The notes: generated from the sequence alone by a model not told the origin. A DNA stretch of 64,000 bases from Phaeosaccion multiseriatum (GCA_965112735.1 OZ218954.1:2294001-2358000), one strand, 5' to 3'; positions 22,533 to 43,895 are shown, counted from the first letter of the stretch. Translations and numbers: made by a program.

Positions 22533-23805
22533 GTGAGAGGAGAGGAGTATCATCTAGCGAGTGTCTTGTGAGTCAGACCGGAGGAGGCGGAGGCGGCGAT
22601 GCGCTAGCTCCGCAGTGGCCACAGCTGCTGACCGCGTGCTTGCACGGCAGAGTGGAGAGGCGCTCAGTCAGAGCCTTGCAGGCTTGTTGTTCCTTGCAGG
22701 CTTGTTGTTCCCTGCAGGCTTGTTGTTCCTTGCAGGCTTGTTGTTCCCTGTGCCCCTCTCCTGCTGCTTGGACGAGAGCACGCAGCGCCCCCCTCACCTC
22801 TCGCACTTCGCACCATGTATATTTGGGCTATTTGGGGTTTTGACAAAAGTGGTAGGGGAGCGAGCGTGCGTGCGTGCGTGTGTATGCCCAAATCTCCGAG
22901 CTCGGCCACGACCCCGCCCCTCCCGTTATGTGGCGGAGAGTCAAATAGAAACAGTTTTGTGCCTGAGAGCCTCATGGCCTGTATACTCTCTTATCGTACG
23001 TCGGTGAAGGAGCCGAGTACCCCCACCCCCCAGGGGCAGTCACCCACATCACCCACATCACCCACATCATGCACAGGGGTCACCCACAGGGCTCATGGCA
23101 GGCGAGCCGCCGCACGCCCAAGTTGTGCAGTGTCTAATGTAGCATCAGCACGCATAGAGAGGGGTCATTGTGCAGTGTCTATTGTAGCATCAGCACGCAT
23201 GTTTTCCCCGCCGCTTGCCTCTTCTCTCCCGTCCGTCCGTCCCGTCTGGGCCGCCCCTCCGCCCCTCCGCCCTACCCCCCTCTATGGTTCTTCTTTCTTT
23301 CTTCATTTCTTCCTTTCTTCCTTTCTCCCTTGATTAGGGCGCGTGTCTTGACCACCTGCTGCTGCTCCTGCTGCTGCTCCTGCTGCTGCTCCTGCTGCTG
23401 CTGCTGGGGACGTCCACCGAATCAAGGGCATCAACAACTTGTCTTTCTGACCACCACCCTCGATGCCCTCTTGATGCATCCCTTCGCCACGAATGACAGA
23501 CATGACGCGTTTTTGCACAACTTGACTCTGCAAATTCATCGTTCAAAGAGGCCTTGTCTCTCCGAACACGGCCGGAGCTCAACGGCCCTCCTCCCCTCGC
23601 AAAAGGGCGTGAATGAAATGAAAAGCGGAGGAAGAGACGCGGCAGGGACTTACAACAAGAGCAAGAGCACAACGCTTCGCTTCTCGCCAACATCCTCTCA
23701 CTGTCCGGGGGGGGACGGTACTTCGGTGGGTACACACACACTTCGGGGGGGGGGGGGGGCGTGGTTTACGTCCGAAGCGTTCTCCGGGCTAAGAAGGCGC
23801 ATTTC

Positions 23806-25552
23806 CTATCCATGCCCACCAAACTCGTTTATCCGCTTCTTGTCCACCTGATGTTGGGGTATACAGGAGGGCGGTCATGAAATCAGCATTGCGCGATGAA
23901 GAAGCGTTTCGCTTAGCATCCACGAACGACAGGGGGATGTGCTTTGACGCACACGCGAGGCGGTCAAAGGTCCGCGCTTCGAGTGAAGATGGAGCATTGC
24001 ATTGATGAATTGACGGAACGAACAAGTTGGGTGTATGCTGGACGACAACAAGTTTGGTGCGTGGTGTTGAGCCCTTGCACTCCTCGACTTACCGGGTACT
24101 TGAAACGTTGGTACACAAAGATGAAGAAAACAATGTCGTCTCGGAGGCAGCTGATGCGGTGCATCATTGGCCTGCGAACAGAGGTGCGCCAATGGTCAGT
24201 GAGCGAGAGGGGAGAGCAAGCCGCTTGCTTCAGAGGCAGCTTCAGAGTCAGGCCCGAGGCAGGTGAGCGGAGAGAACGCGACTTGCTTCCACTTGCTTCC
24301 ACTTGCTTCCCGTCGGAAGGCACTCAAACACTACCCACCCCGGCCCCCAAGGCGAGCGGTCGGTGATGACCATCGGCAGAGAGCCGAGGCAATGGGGAGA
24401 TGCTCCCAAGGGGAGTACGGTAAGGACAAGGGGCAGGTAAGGACGACTACTCACATTTTGATGATGAAGGCGAAGAGATCGTCGATAAACGTGTTGAGGA
24501 AGCGGTAGCACAGAAACTTCCACGGTAAATGCGCCACGGACTTGAGCTTGTGGTTGATGTAGAGCTGCGGGGTCATGAGAATGAAGCCCACTGGAGGGTT
24601 CGGGAGGGGAAGTGGGGGGGGGGGGGGGCAGCGAGAGAGCAAGGTGCGGGCGGGGCGGGGAGATGCCAGAGGGGCTCGGTTAGATGGCAGCAGACGACGG
24701 TGGAGGACAGGGAGGGAGGGGGGGAGGAAGTGGTTCCTGTGGGCACGTCTCGGCTGTCGCAGGCTCTGCCGCGCGTCTCTTTCTGTCGGCCTTCATTTGC
24801 CCTCTGCCTTCACCGACCGCACTCTGCACCTGTGTACACGAAGGACGTTGTCGCGCCAAGGGCCCAGCTGTACCACCCCACGTGCTCGTCCGTCAGAAGC
24901 GATTTGAGGGCAAAGCCCACCACGATGGGCATGAGCACCAAGCCCAAGTTGTTCATGGCTATCCGGTCCGCCTCCAGTGTTTGCGCTATGACCGTTTCCT
25001 CCTCCTTCTCCTTCTCGCGGCTGCCCTCGGCCTCGGTAGTCTCCGCGCCATCTTTGCCTTCTGTATTGTGGTCCACGTCCGTCACCTTCGTCGTCGCCTG
25101 CTCTTCCCTCTTCGCTGCCTTCTCTGCCCTATTCCGCCGAATGCGCATAGCTTTCACCGTCTTCCACGCCTGCGAAGGGGAGGAGCAGGGTGCAAGACAT
25201 GCGGGAGGGGGGCGTGCTTGTTTAGCGAAAGGGAGGAATGAATCATCAAGGCCGACGAGCTTGTTCTTTGGTGCCACAAACCCAAGTGCTGCGCGTGTAC
25301 GCATGAGCATCGTGTGTGCGTGTGTGCACGCAGGTGCTTCGGTTGCCGTTTCAGCCCCCTCTGCCCCCTCGGGCCTAACACATGGTGGCGTACCTGAATG
25401 ATGAGGCCGATGCCTGCGGGCACGCTGATGAGGAGGGAAGAGCCCTCGTCGATTAGGTACAGCAGAATCACGGCCTGTCGTGTGCAAGTGTGTGTGTGCG
25501 TGTGTGTGTATGTGTGTGTGTGTGTATGTGTGTGTGTGCGTGTGTATGTGTG

Positions 25553-25591
<39 letters not shown>

Positions 25592-28569
25592 TGTGTACGT
25601 GTGTGTGTGTGTGTGTGAGTGAGTGTGTGTGAGTATGTGTGTATGAGTGAGTGTGCGTGTGTGGAGGCGAGCGGGCAAAGGGTCAGGGAAGGCACTATGT
25701 GGCTGCAGGTAAGCACAGAGACGGCTCGGCTCCCCCCCATGATCACTAAAGACGCATTCGATAACCTCCGTCCTTGGCCGTTGGCTTTCAAAGCCGACTT
25801 TCTCACCCGTCCCCATCCACATCAATCATTGACCAGTGCCATCATCACAACAATCGAGTGCTGTCTGTCGAGTGCCATGGATTGCCATCGAGCGCCTCAC
25901 CTGAAACACCAGATCCAACGCGATGGCCCGAAAGGACAAGCCAGCCATGGTCTTCTCCTTCCTCCAGAAGCTCACATCGGCCCGGAAGGCGAGGAACTCA
26001 AACAGCAAGTGCAGCAGAGAGGCCAGCAGCGTCACGAACAGCAGAGTCACGTTGGTCTCCTGTACAAGGCAAAGCAATTGGGGTGCCGTTTTGGGGGCAT
26101 CAACAGCAGAACGGGCGCGTGGGTTTAGGTGGCGGAAGGGAGCGGGGAGCGGGGCGGGGATAACACACTGCAGTTGGTTCAGCAGTTGGTACAGCAGTTG
26201 GCAGTTGTGACCCTCCACAGTCCGCCATTTCCGCTGAAGAGGAAAGACACTCTCCCAAACATCTTGCCACCCGAACCTGCCCGGCCTTGGCCTACCCTCC
26301 ACTCCTTCGCCGGGCATGGGGGAGAAGTGGAATACCTAGAAAGGCAGCGGCCAGCAGTGGCCAGCAGCGGCCAGCAGCGGCCAGCAGCGGCCAACAGCGG
26401 CCAGCGACACACATGCCCACCCCACAGTGCTCTGCGCTACCTTCCTCGTATCCCCACACCTCCTCACCCTCGACCGCCGCACCCTCAAATGAAGGACACC
26501 GCCCTTTCCCGCCCAACCCCTCTCACCGTGAAGAGTTGGCGCAGCTCCTCCAGGTCCTTGTCCTCCAGGCCGAGCTTCTCCTTGTTGGAGGAGAGCACAT
26601 ACATAAAGTGCAGGGACAGTTGCCAGCGCGGTAGAGACAAGGCCTCCAGCGTGATGCTTAGAGGGAGCTCTGTGAGTGTGGAGTTGACGGGCATGAGGGT
26701 GTCTTTGGCCGCCTCCCCCAGGTACAGCGGCGGCATATAGGCCATGCGCTCGTAGCTGCAGGCGGGGAGAGGACGACGGACGGACGGACGGACGGACGGA
26801 CGAACAGAGGTGTATTGCATGAGGTAGGGGCAGGGGCAGTGGGCGGGGGCATATGGGGGGGGGGAGGGCACGGCCAGCCAGAGCCACTCACGGGGGGTGA
26901 GCGGCAGTGCGGTGGGAGGGAGGGAACAAGTCCGGCTATTGAAGGCGGGACACGCACGCGATGGGATATGCACGTCCACCACGCAAGACAGACAGTCACA
27001 GAGGCTCAACCAAGCAAACAGCCCTGACACTCACTCGCCCCTGTGCCTGGCGTTGTACACGGGGCCCCCCTCGCTGTCCAGCCCGCGGATGTCCATCTGG
27101 GAGCGCACAGTGACAGGCACGAGGTTTTCGGGGTATTCCGTCCAGTCCGCGACGAGCTTGAGGCTGACGTCACTGCCCCAGTAGGTAATGTCCACGTCCG
27201 CTGGGGTGGCCTTGAGCTGCTGGCGATAGGCATCCTCGCCCTCTGTCGCGCTTTGGCTGAGCAGTTTGCGCTTTGGTTTGAGCTTAGGGGGTGGAGCCTT
27301 GATGGTTAGGGGTACGGTTTGGGTCATGACCTTTTTGAGTCCGTGTTCAAGGCGGGGCGATGGGAGTCAGATACAGGGGGGGATTGGGGAGGGCAAAGGG
27401 GGCGAAATACCGTCAGTGGCAGAGCCCATATGCGGTTAGGTGCTCTCTCTGGAGCAGCAACATGTGGTGCGGGGTAGGGTCCTGCATTCACGTGAGATGG
27501 CAGACAGGAGAGGAGGCTGCACAAGAAAACTGAGGCAGCCGCAGAGAGTTGTCTTTCAAGATAAGCGGGAGAAACGAGCCCACGATGTTCGAGCTTTCCC
27601 CCCTCGCTCTCTCCTTGAGAGTGGGGGAGGGTCCCTCTCCTGCTCACCATAAGGTCGTCGAACACTCGATGGTCGCCGATCCCTCCGGTGTCCTCCTTTC
27701 CACCCGTGACCCACACGTGCAGGAACAAAGGCCGACCTTTCAACAGGTAGTCGTCCCAAATCACCTGCTCGGATGGGGGGGGGGGCACGGACACAAGGGA
27801 CTGGCTTACTGAGTCGACGCGACGGTGTTTGCCTCAAACCTGCTCATAGCTTTCTCTAGGATCTTTCGTACAGGAGTTCGTTCCCGGGCTCTCTTTCCGT
27901 TTAGGGGAGCACGGCACCTCGAGGACGGGCCCTCTCGAAGGAGAGGTGCCTCGGTCCCCGGCCCGCCTCCTTCCCTTTGCTCCCTTCGTTGGGAGACGCA
28001 CCTGGGGCAGAATGACCCTCTCTCGCTCGCCGCCTTGCTTCTTCTTCCTCCTTCTCTTCTTCGTCCCTTTCCCTGTCCTTTCCTCTTCCTCCTCCGCCCG
28101 CCGTTCCTTCTCCAACAACCGCTCTGTAGTGATGTCCACCTCAAGTTTCTTTGATGGCATCCCTGGGGAGTAGGTAGTGTTTAAAGCCCGATTGCCCACT
28201 AGCGGCGAGTAGACAGCTTCCGCGCTGCTCGCGTTTAGAAACTCTAAATTGAACTTGGCGTTTGGAGACACAAAGCACTTCACAAAGACACGCGTGTCCT
28301 TGGGCCACAAGGGCTGAAGGAGAGGAGCGGAGCGGTCGATCTGGAAGGGAAGAGGAGGGGGAGTGTCGGGGTGAGGGGGGCTGCAAGTGGCGAGGGAGAA
28401 GGACCGAGAGATGGAGGGACAGCGTAAATCCTCCCCCACTCCTCACCTCCACTCCACGCATTGGAAACATTATCGTTAAGAAACTTCGTATGGTCACCGC
28501 GAGGTACGCTGTGAACACCAGTATAGACACGCTGCCGCAGCCACATGAAGGGAGAAAAGAGCGCGCCAT
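23806..28569 (-). CDS. CLPTM1: CLPTM1-family membrane protein (3' end approximate)
   Basis: LLHLLFEFLAFRADVSFW, GWYSWAL..TSFVYT|GFILMTPQLYINHKLKSVAHLPWKFLCYRFLNTFIDDLFAFIIK|MPMMHRISCLRDDIVFFIFVYQR..YP|VDKKRINEFG. Confidence 0.95.
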
Positions 28570-28714
28570 GCTCTTGTGCGAAGCTGTTTTAATATAGGGC
28601 CTTTCGTGCATTGGCATTCCAGCTGTGACTCAGGGGGTAGTATCACCAACTATCTAAGGATTTCCTTCGATCTCCCCTTCCTTTACTTTTTGTGGCGCAC
28701 CTACCGGCTAGCGC
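28570..28714. promoter_or_regulatory. Putative bidirectional promoter (CLPTM1 / PQ-loop gene)
   Basis: Divergent start codons are 145 bp apart. Confidence 0.55.
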
Positions 28715-29942
28715 ATGATGGTTAGAGTTCTGATTCTGCTCGGGTGCATGAGTGTAGGCTCAGCGTTCGTGCAGCACAGCAGTAGGGGAATCTTGCACGG
28801 GGCGCTAACGCCTCCTTTCGGAAGAAATCAGCAAGGTGGGCAGATCCAGACACCAATACAAGGAAGAAGAGCCAAGGCCTGGAACCCTCCTTCGAGGGCT
28901 CAAACGCCTACGATGTTAGCTGCAAGTGGCAGTAAAGCACTTGCCACAGGACTGGGATGGCTGGTGGGAGGCGGCTCGCTACTGCTCTACACCCCAACCA
29001 TCACGAGGGTAACCCGGGATCCGGATAGCGCGGAAGGACTCGCCCTCACGACCTGGCTATTCAAATTGTTTGCATACTCGGCGTCGACCTTGTACCACGT
29101 GGTGAACGGCTTCCCACTGAGCAGCTTCATCGACACGGCGTGTGTGATGTGCCAGACCGGCGTGATTGTTTTTCTTGTGGCTCGCTTGAAGAAGAAGATC
29201 TCTAAAGCCTTGGTTCTAGGGGTGAGTGGAGATTCGTGGAGCATTCATATGTCGACTTTTGTCTAACAGCTGTACTCAAACTGTGGTTTACAGATGGCTG
29301 CCTATGCTGGCTTCGCTGCGTACACCCTTACGGGAGGGCTACCTCACTGGGCTTTACTATCACTGCAGGGATGCGCGGCTGCCGCGAGCCAGTATGCTCT
29401 CATCCCGCAGGTAAGGACTTTTGCCGATGCCGACCTTCGCGTCAGCTGCGTACTGCTGCTTGACACACGCATTGCTGCCCTCTTCTCCCTCCCCGACAAT
29501 CCTTAAAGCTGTGGCAGAACCAGCGTCGAGGCAGCAGCGGCTCGTACTCTGCCATCACGGCCATGCTCGCAACCGGGGGCTGCGCCATTCGGATATTTAC
29601 CACCATCCAGGTGCGAAGATGGAAGCGAAGAGACGGAGCTATATTCTCCGCGCCAGCCGCCCCTTGGTGGCGTTGTTTTAGCTGCTGGAGAGGAACCACC
29701 TTAACTCTTCTAAACACCCTCACACGCCCACCCCCCCTTGTTTTTGCTGCTGCCGCTCCCGATCCACCTGCCAATCCCTACAGCTCACCGGGGATCCCCT
29801 CCTTCTGGCAGGCTTTTGCGTGGGTCTGTTTCTCAATTTCTCTTTGCTGTCTCAAATCGTGTACTTCAGCGTCGCTAAGGAGGGCAAATCGCTTAGGGAG
29901 GTCATGCTCGCGGACTACAAGCCCAAGAAAGCACCAAATTGA
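28715..29942 (+). CDS. PQ-loop repeat protein, MPDU1-like, with predicted bipartite (plastid-type) presequence
   Basis: Signal peptide MMVRVLILLGCMSVGSA|FVQ, LLYTPTITRV..SAEGLALTTW, ALIPQ|LWQNQRRGSSG..SAITA..GCAIRIFTTIQ|LTGDPLLL. Confidence 0.8.
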
Positions 29943-30190
29943 AGTGTTGCTTTTAATTTTAATTAATAATTAAATTAAAGAAAGCAATTGAAGTGGAAGT
30001 GGAGTGAAAAAGGGGGGGGGGGAAGGGGGAGATGATCAAAGACACGTATGTCAACGATCCGATCCGCTCCTTCTCCTTCCAGCCGGAGCGAAAGCGCCTG
30101 TCTGACAGCCCTGCGGAAGAGTTCGTGGGAGAAAGATAGAAAGTCGAGCAGTATCGGCTACTCCTTACGAAGACTTTCTTGCAAAGGCGG

Positions 30191-32782
30191 ATGAGGGCAC
30201 GCCATCTCCGCTACTCAAGCAGATTTGCGGCAGTCCCCTTCCTCCTCCTCCGAGCTTCGCATTCCTTCAAAAGCAGTAGCAGCACTATCCTCATTAGCGG
30301 AAGGGCACCTGCTTGGAGTGGTGGAGCCTCTGGTATTGGAGGAGGCTCTAGGGGTGGTCAAGAGATCAGGCACAGGAGGCGCCCTTTTTCTGTTGCCATG
30401 TCATCGTCCTCCGTACAAGCTCCCTCGGGGAGTGAAGCTCCTGAACCACCGACAGTTTTCCCACCCTTTTTCACAGGTGAGAGGTCGCCCAACTATTGTA
30501 CACCGTACAGCGCCCTTGCCCTTCTCATCTCATCTCCTCTTTGCGCGTTTCCCTCTACTCACATTCAGACGGGGTGGTGTCCCATGTAGATATGCTCCCC
30601 TTTAGAGAGGACCGGTACGAAGGAGTAATAGTGGATCATACGCAGCTGCCAGCGGACCCTGGAGACTTCCAGAGGGTGGTGCAGCTGTCGCTGGACGCTT
30701 GGATCAGCAGCGGCAAGAGGGGCGTCTGGATGAAAGTACCGTACGAGAAGGCTACGCTCATCCCCGTGGCGAAAGACCTGGGCTTTGAGTTCCATCACGC
30801 TGAGGTAATAGGAGACGGCGTAGGGCCAGCAGAGGGAGGGGGGAGAGACTTCAGACAGACTTTTTCTCTCTAATCGCTGCACTCACACCCACGCACACGC
30901 ACACGCTTCTCTCTCCTCTTGCCTCGTTCTCCTTCACTTCACGTCCCCCTCTTTGGCTGTGCAGAAAGAGTACCTCATGATGACCTTTTGGATCCCCGAC
31001 AATGAGAATACCCTTCCACCCAACGCAAGCCATCAGGTACCCACGGGAGCATGGGAGGGCACTTGACGGGACTTGAGGACGGTGGATACTACGAAGCTGG
31101 ATATCAGTCTGGTCAAGTCACAAATGCCCTAGAGGAGGGAGGACTGGGGAGCTGCAGGAACTGCAGGAGCTGCAGGAACTGCAGGAGCTGCAGGAACTCC
31201 CTTCTGCCTAGCCGTAGTACAGCTGCATACACTCACTCATCTGGCGTGGATGTCACAGAGGGCGATCCAACATACCCCCCTCGTGTACTTAGCCATGACA
31301 CAGCTTCAAACACTCTCTCAGCTCGTATTCTGTACACCTTCCGCCCCCACCCCCCCCTCGCCACGGAGCAGGTTGGAGTCGGAGCTCTGGTGGTCAACAA
31401 TGCGGGAGACATGCTCGTGGTGAGAGAGAGGCACGGCATCTTGCGAGGGACAGGCATCTGGAAGGTGCCGACGGGCCTCCTAAATGTGGGGGAAGACATA
31501 CCCCTGGCAGCGTGCAGAGAGGTGGGTGGAGGGTCGGCCAGTGGACTCGGTACGAAGGTGTTGCAGTCCAAGCGCAAGCAGCACTTACCCCTTTGCTGAA
31601 AGGGTCCTTTTTCGGGCTTGGACAGCCCGTCCAGTCCGTGCACAACGATGCCCCCCCCCCCCCCTTTCGCCTGTCACACTTTGGAAGTCGCTCTGCTGTG
31701 TGTCGTGCATGGCCTCTGATGGCCTCTGCCGTCCTCAGGTCTTCGAAGAGACAGGCGTCAGCACCGAGTTTGAGAGCTTGCTTACAATGAGACATTCCCA
31801 CAACCACCTCTTCGGCAAGAGCGACCTCTTCCTCCTGGTCAAGGTCAGCCCGACGGGAATGCAGGAAGGAAAAAACGGCTTGGCCTGTATGGACGGGAGA
31901 GGGCTACAGGGCGCTCGCTCACTCTCCCCTTTCTTTTTCGCCTTCGTCTTTCGCTTCTCTGACTATACTTTACTACACGTGTCAACTTTCCAAAGCATTG
32001 GAGGACCGTTCCGGCTGCATCATCGTATTGTGGTGACTCTCTCACCGCAGCCGCTGTCTCTCCTATCTCCCTCTCTCTCATCTCCTCTTCCTCTCCTCGC
32101 CCTCGGACCGCAGCTCAAGCTCACATCAGACCCTGCCGCCATGACGCCACAAGCCTCCGAGATCGAAGCGTGCAGCTGGATGCCCGTGGACGAGTTTTTA
32201 TCCCAAGAGGTAGGGGCGCGAAAGGTAGGCAGAGGGGGCAGAGGGGGCAGAGGGGGCAGAGGAGGCAAAGGAGGCAGGAATCAATGGCTGACGGGCGGAC
32301 GTATGCATCCCTCGGCTTGCTCGGCGGGGGGGGGGCTTTTCCAGGGTGCCTCATCGCAGTCTCCACGATGTTACACGATGCTGTTTCCTTATATCCATTA
32401 GGCCACGAGTCGAGCGGCTCCACTCGAAATCTCCTCCCAACGTGTAGCTGAATTATTGCGAATTTGTCTGTTGTTTTCATCTGGCGCTGCCGACCCCTTG
32501 TTTGTTTCACCCCCTGCCCCGTGGCTGCAGCACTTCCACGCATACCCTCTGTACCGTAAGATGAACTCCATCATCAAGGCGCATGTGCTGCAGGCCAAGG
32601 CCATCAACAGCGGCCAAGGACAGCAGCAGCAGCAGCAGGAGGAGGAGGAGGAGGAGGAGGAGGAGGAGGGAGCCGATCGAGGCCGCCCTCTACCCGAGCT
32701 TGTGGGGAGCTTACTTGAGACCGGCCATGGCAAGGAGTGCATGCTGTACCACGCGAGGCATGCATGTGGAGAGGAAGAGTAG
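30191..32782 (+). CDS. Nudix hydrolase (NUDT6 / AtNUDX2-8 type with pre-Nudix domain)
   Basis: DRYEGVIVD, KRGVWMKVP, GFEFHHAE, LPPNASHQ|VGVGALV, WKVPTGLLNVGEDIPLAACRE|VFEETGV (Nudix box), LFGKSDLF, SEIEACSWMP. Confidence 0.93.
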
Positions 32783-33097
32783 GAGAAGGTGTGGAGAGGA
32801 AGAGTAGGAGAAGGTCCGCCCCGCAGCTGCTTCAAGCCGTTTTCATTGAGGAAAGGCGTCGGAGCTGTGGTGAGCGCACGAAGGTTACTTAAGGTTACTT
32901 GAGGATCGAGGACGAGCACGAAGATTACTTGAGGGTCAGGATCGCTTCTCTTTTCCCACTGTAAGTACTATTAATTTGAAGAGGCCTTACTTTGTAAGAG
33001 CCACACATACAGAGAATGGAGACGAGCGGTTATTGAGCAGCTGCCGTCCCCCATTCACGGGGGTTGCCACGTTGGTGGTACACGGAAGTGTGTGTTC

Positions 33098-39829
<6,732 letters not shown>

Positions 39830-40260
39830 CGTGAGTGAGCGTTTGCTTGGCGCTCCACTTTACTTAGAAGCAAGGGGAAGCTTAAGCTACTTTAATCAGA
39901 GGCAAGGGGGGGGGTCGAGCATTATTGAGCGAGAGAGTACAGAAATAAAGAGGCGTTCCGGGAAGGTGCTCGAGAGGGCTGCCTGGCGTGTTGGTGATCT
40001 TCACAGATGGCCGCGAAGGCTCAGATGGCACTTAAACGGGGCTTTTTCCCGAAAGCAAAAAAATAGCAAATCAATATGAAGTCCATCCAACACTCGTGAA
40101 TAATCTGTCTGAACCCAACGCCCCATGTTCTAAACTCCCTGAGAATCCTGCGTGTTGGATGGGACTTAGAAGCGCTAATTTTTAAACACACGTGTTAGTG
40201 GGTAGCCGGCAAGCACAAGGCAAGCACCTCGAACGAGGGCACCGCGGGGGACCAAGGCTG

Positions 40261-40862
40261 ATGACCTCCACCGCGTTCCTGCCTGACAACCTCGGCAATG
40301 GCGTCATTCTCCACATCAGCAACTTTGGAGAGTGCCACTTCTCTTCCCATAGTACGTGACGGGAAGGGAGCGCAGCGGAGGCGGTTGATGTTGGCACATT
40401 GTGGTGGAGGCGGACATCTGACTGCGTTTTCCGCCCACGTCTCTCTTCCACCACGTATTGACGAGTGTTGGACATCTGACTGCTGTTTTCGCCCACGCCT
40501 CTCTCTCGCCACACCTGTATCTTTCTGCAGGCACAGTTCTCTTCAGACACCTCTTCGACCTCGCGGACACAGACGCCGACGGCTTCATTTCGCAACGGGA
40601 AGGCCTCTGCTTTCTCCGGAGGTCGCAGCTGGATGAAGACACGCTTAGAAAGATCTGGAGACTTGCCACAACAGGAGCCTACCAACCAGCAGGGGCAACA
40701 GGGGCCGCTGGGGGAGAGGGCGTCATGGGGGCAGAGGTGGCGGCGGCAGTGGCGGCAGTGGCCGCCGATGCCTTAACCTTGGAGCAGTGGTTCGTGGCAT
40801 GCAAGCTGGTGGCTCTGCAGCAGCATAGCGCCGCAGAAAGAGCCACTGCTGCTGCCGCTGCC

Positions 40863-40894
<32 letters not shown>

Positions 40895-43800
40895 CAATGG
40901 GTCCGAGCCCCCGCTCCCCTCGCTTCCCGAAGACTGCTGCTCCATAGAGGCTATCTGTGCTCGTCCCGACGGTGATCGACTCAGCGAGGGCTTTCTCCTG
41001 CCGGAACTGCCTTGCCCGGACTTTGGTCTGGACATGCCTGGCCTCATGCACAGCAGGGTGGCGGATGGGAGCAGCAGCATCAACCCAGGCACTGCCCTAA
41101 CCACAAGCAATCACGAAAATAGCAACGGGACGAGCACCGGCTACGGCTCCCAGTCTCCTTCTCAGCAGCAGCAGCAGCAGCAGCAGAAGAAGAAGAAGAG
41201 ACAGCACGAGCAGCAGCTGCAGCGGCAAAGGCAGCTCCAGCAGCAGGACACGCTCAAAGTGAACATCTTCACGTACCAGAAGATACCTGCAGCCTCGGTA
41301 GGGTCCCACGTGGCCTACATTGTTGTAACGGTGACCACCATGCCCATGTACAGCAAACCGAGCCTGGAGGTGCGTGCGTGTGCTTGTACTTTCTTTGTAG
41401 CGACCGCTCCACTGCTGCAAGCACGAAAGGGGACATGGGAGGGTAACGGTGCCTGCTCCTTGTTGATGTGTCATGATTGAGTCAGTCACTCATTCGAGAT
41501 GTGAATGGGTGTGTGGTGTGCGTGTCCGTCCATCTATCCCGCAGGTGTCACGTCGTTTCTCCGACTTTGAATGGCTGCACGACTGCTTTGCAAGGATACC
41601 CGGAGTGTTGCTTCCTCCCTTACCGCCCAAGAGCAGGTAGGCAATCAATCCATCATTCATCAGGAGCCCAAGAAGGCCACTACGCCAACTTTTCCAGCTT
41701 ACCCATGTGCATCGAATTTTTTTTCATTCTCTTTCTTTCTCCCTCTGTAGGGCCAACCTCGTCGGGCTCAACACGGCGAAGGACTTTGTAGCGGAAAGAA
41801 TGAAATGGCTGCAGCGCTGGCTCTCCAGAGTATCGAGGTTGGTTCCGTACCACCTTTCTCCACCGTCTATGGGAGACGGTGCCGTTGCCTCCCGTGGTAC
41901 CTGAGCGGTGCCTTCCTGCCGCTTACACCCACGCCGCCCGCGCACCTGGCTGGCTTTCCCCTGTCTTTTCCCTCTGCCCTCGCCTACCCAACCATCGCCC
42001 ACGCCGTGTGACCACGCGGCCCACCATTGCATCCCCCCGTCTCTCTCTCATTCTCTGTCTCACTCTCACGCTCTCTCCCTCTTCCTCTCTCTCTCCTTCT
42101 CTCTCTCTCACGCCCTCTCCCTCTTCCTCTCTCTCTCTCTCCCTCTCTTTCTCTCCCTCTCCCTCTCCCTCCCTCTTCTCTCTCTCTTACCTCTCACGCT
42201 CTCTCCCTCTCCCTCTCCCTCTCCCGCCCTCTTCCTCTCTCTCCCTCCCTCTCTCTCTCTTTCTCTCCCTCTCCCTCTCTCTCCCTCTTCTCTCCAGACA
42301 CCCCCAGCTCCGAAGGACGTACGAGCTGCAGGTGTTCCTGGAGGGCAGCCCTCGCGCTCTCGAGGCGGCCAAGGCGCTACTGCCCTGGTACAGCAGAGGA
42401 GCCACCAAGTTCTCCACTGTCAGCACTGTCAGCGCCCCTTCCCGCCTCGCCCCGTCGTCGCAGCCGTCCACACCCCCTCTTCATCACTCTTCGCACTCCC
42501 CAGGGGCAGCAGCAGCGGCAGCTACATCGGCGCCTCTGTCCTCCTCTCCACCCTCCACGTGGAGGAATCCCCCTACCAGTGGGAATTCGTCTCCTTCGTC
42601 TCTGCCGAGTGACTCGGAAGACTCCAGCTCCTCTGCCCCACCCTCCTCTGCAGGTGTGTGAGTGTCAATTCTGCCCCACCCCCACCCAGCTACCCTCCAC
42701 ATGAATGACTGGAGCTCAACAACCCCCTTTGCACGGATGATTGCACTGATGTTGTCATTGTCATTGCCGTCGCTGCTGCTGCTGGCGCTCACTCCATCAG
42801 GCAAGGCGCTGGCCTCGGCTGCAGCTGCTCGGAGCGAACGTCTTGTGCCAGTGAGCACGTGGGGCAGCTTGGCGAGGGGGTACGCTAGCTCCACCTGGGG
42901 CAGCGTCAAGAGTGCCATAGGCGTGACCAAACCCACGGCACACTACCTGGTGGAGGCCGACGAGGAGGTGCGGCGGCGGTAGGCGGCGGCTGACATGGGT
43001 TAGAAAATACGACACATGGCTCTGTGCTCACTTTCTCTCGCCTGTGATGACGTGCTCACGTGCTGGAATGTGTCTTGGTCAAATTAATCTCTCGACCTCC
43101 GTTCTCCTTCGCACTCGTCTCCGCCTGCCTCATCCTCGCCAACCCCCCCCCCCCCTCCCGCCGCTGCCGCCTCTCCTCTTGCTATCGCAGTTCGACGCGG
43201 CTGTGAGTCGCTTCAGGCTCTTCGACCCCCCGCTGAAGGCGGCTTCTCTCGCCGTGGAGGCTCTTGCCTCCCTCAAGCGAAGCCAGGTACTGCTTGGTGT
43301 CTCTTGCATAGATGACCAGAAACGCCATGACTTCTGACACTGATGCATGTGCACTGATGCATGTGGTGTGAACGCCCCCCCTCCGGCCCTGTCCGCCCTT
43401 CTCCGGCGGTGCCGCGCTCCGCATGTCACAGGCGTACGAAACATCGCGTCTGGGGCATTACTTCCTGTGCTGGGGCCGCACTCCAGGTGGCAGCGTGCAT
43501 GAGTCGCAGCTCCTCACCATGGTGAGTCACACAGAGCGAGCGTCAAGACTCCACCACTGGCGATCATCCTCCTTGCCTTGCCTCCTAGACCAGACTGAGC
43601 AGACCTGCCGCCAGAGGGCCTGGGAGGGAGGGGATAGCCGCTCTGCTCGATGCAAAGCTCCACCGACCCCCTTGCTCTATCGCCAGGCAGGGTGTGCCTC
43701 GTTCTGAGGCTCGGTGTAGGCCTGTGTCCGGAAGGAAGCAAACAAAGTACCATTGCTCCCCCTTCCGCCCTCTCTAACAAACCTCGTCCTAAGGTCGACC

Positions 43801-43895
43801 CTCCTCCCCCCTCCTCCTCCCTCCTTGCCCCGCCCCGCCGCTCTCTGATCTCTGCTATCTTTCTGCTGCCTACCTCGCTTCTCTACTCCCTGCTG

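Noticed and set aside
32941-33020. ATCGCTTCTC and ACAGAGA motifs recalling U2/U6 snRNA
   Set aside because: Similarity does not extend beyond 7-10 nt.
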